A DNA stretch of 13,402 nt from an uncultured Deinococcales bacterium (GTDB lineage: Bacteria > Deinococcota > Deinococci > Deinococcales > JAAFIG01), in assembly GCA_964247135.1 (NCBI GenBank), contig CAXTTL010000134.1:1-13402 (forward strand). The letters run 5' to 3'. The notes under the pieces were generated by a model, which made no database searches, was not told the DNA's origin, and saw only the letters and a list, made by a program, of their open reading frames with translations. Made by a program: the position numbers and the translations under genes. This document shows positions 13,067-13,402 of this stretch, piece after piece (the stretch's first letter is position 1; each line of letters begins with the position of its first letter).

Positions 13067-13402
13067 TTAACCCAACTCCACGCTCGAGGCATCTGACAGG
13101 ATCAAACGGTGCACCCGAGGAATTTTGTCTGAACCGCGCACCGTGGCTTTACGTCCAATCAAACATTCGTGAAGGCGTACCGTTAAATTCTCGAGGATCG
13201 CCTCCTCCTGAATGACAGAGAATTCGACCTCCATGCTGGTCAGTTTTGCGCCGTCGCCAATGCTGGTAAACGGTCCAACGTAAGCATTCTCGAGCATCAC
13301 GTTTTCACCGATCAAGGCTCGTCCAATAACCGTGGAATTTGTGCCTTTCGACCCCTTGCCAATGCTGACCCGAACCCCCAACCTCGAGTTGATGCCCTCG
13401 CC
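13067..13402 (-). CDS. rfbA: Glucose-1-phosphate thymidylyltransferase, long form (C-terminal hexapeptide beta-helix region, partial)
   Basis: Frame open from the window edge: LIGENVMLENAYVGPFTSIGDGAKLTSMEVEFSVI...LHECLIGRKATV...HRLILSDASSVEL, typical of the RmlA long-form C-terminus. Confidence 0.85.
   Translation of the reverse strand, partial: GEGINSRLGVRVSIGKGSKGTNSTVIGRALIGENVMLENAYVGPFTSIGDGAKLTSMEVEFSVIQEEAILENLTVRLHECLIGRKATVRGSDKIPRVHRLILSDASSVELG

Noticed and set aside
1-13402. Mobile elements, tRNA/rRNA, anti-phage defence genes
   Set aside because: No transposase, integrase, structural RNA or defence-domain motifs recognised.

Overview
Bacterial chromosomal window, most likely Deinococcota (inferred from leaderless TANNNT promoters, the rapZ-yvcK-DOMON gene order, the lipoprotein types and extreme CTCGAG enrichment). 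The left part (1-8592) is an accessory cell-surface region. It holds the 5' end of an Agd3/CE18-like deacetylase lipoprotein, an unannotated broken secreted/membrane-anchored gene (502-1046), a divergent SARP-like regulator with a degenerate P-loop, a lipoprotein fusing two different alpha-1,4-galactosaminidase-type TIM barrels (TM1410/PelA-like and GH114/Ega3-like) around a DUF11 Ig domain, and a convergent FG-GAP beta-propeller lipoprotein. The middle (8593-9863) is an AT-rich spacer followed by a cassette of small ORFs (41-53 aa) missed by the ORF track, each with an RBS, interspersed with hairpins and strong terminators. The right part (minus strand) carries the 3' end of a long-form glucose-1-phosphate thymidylyltransferase, rapZ, yvcK and a glucodextranase DOMON-like protein. 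All family calls come from motif recognition by eye; no searches were run.
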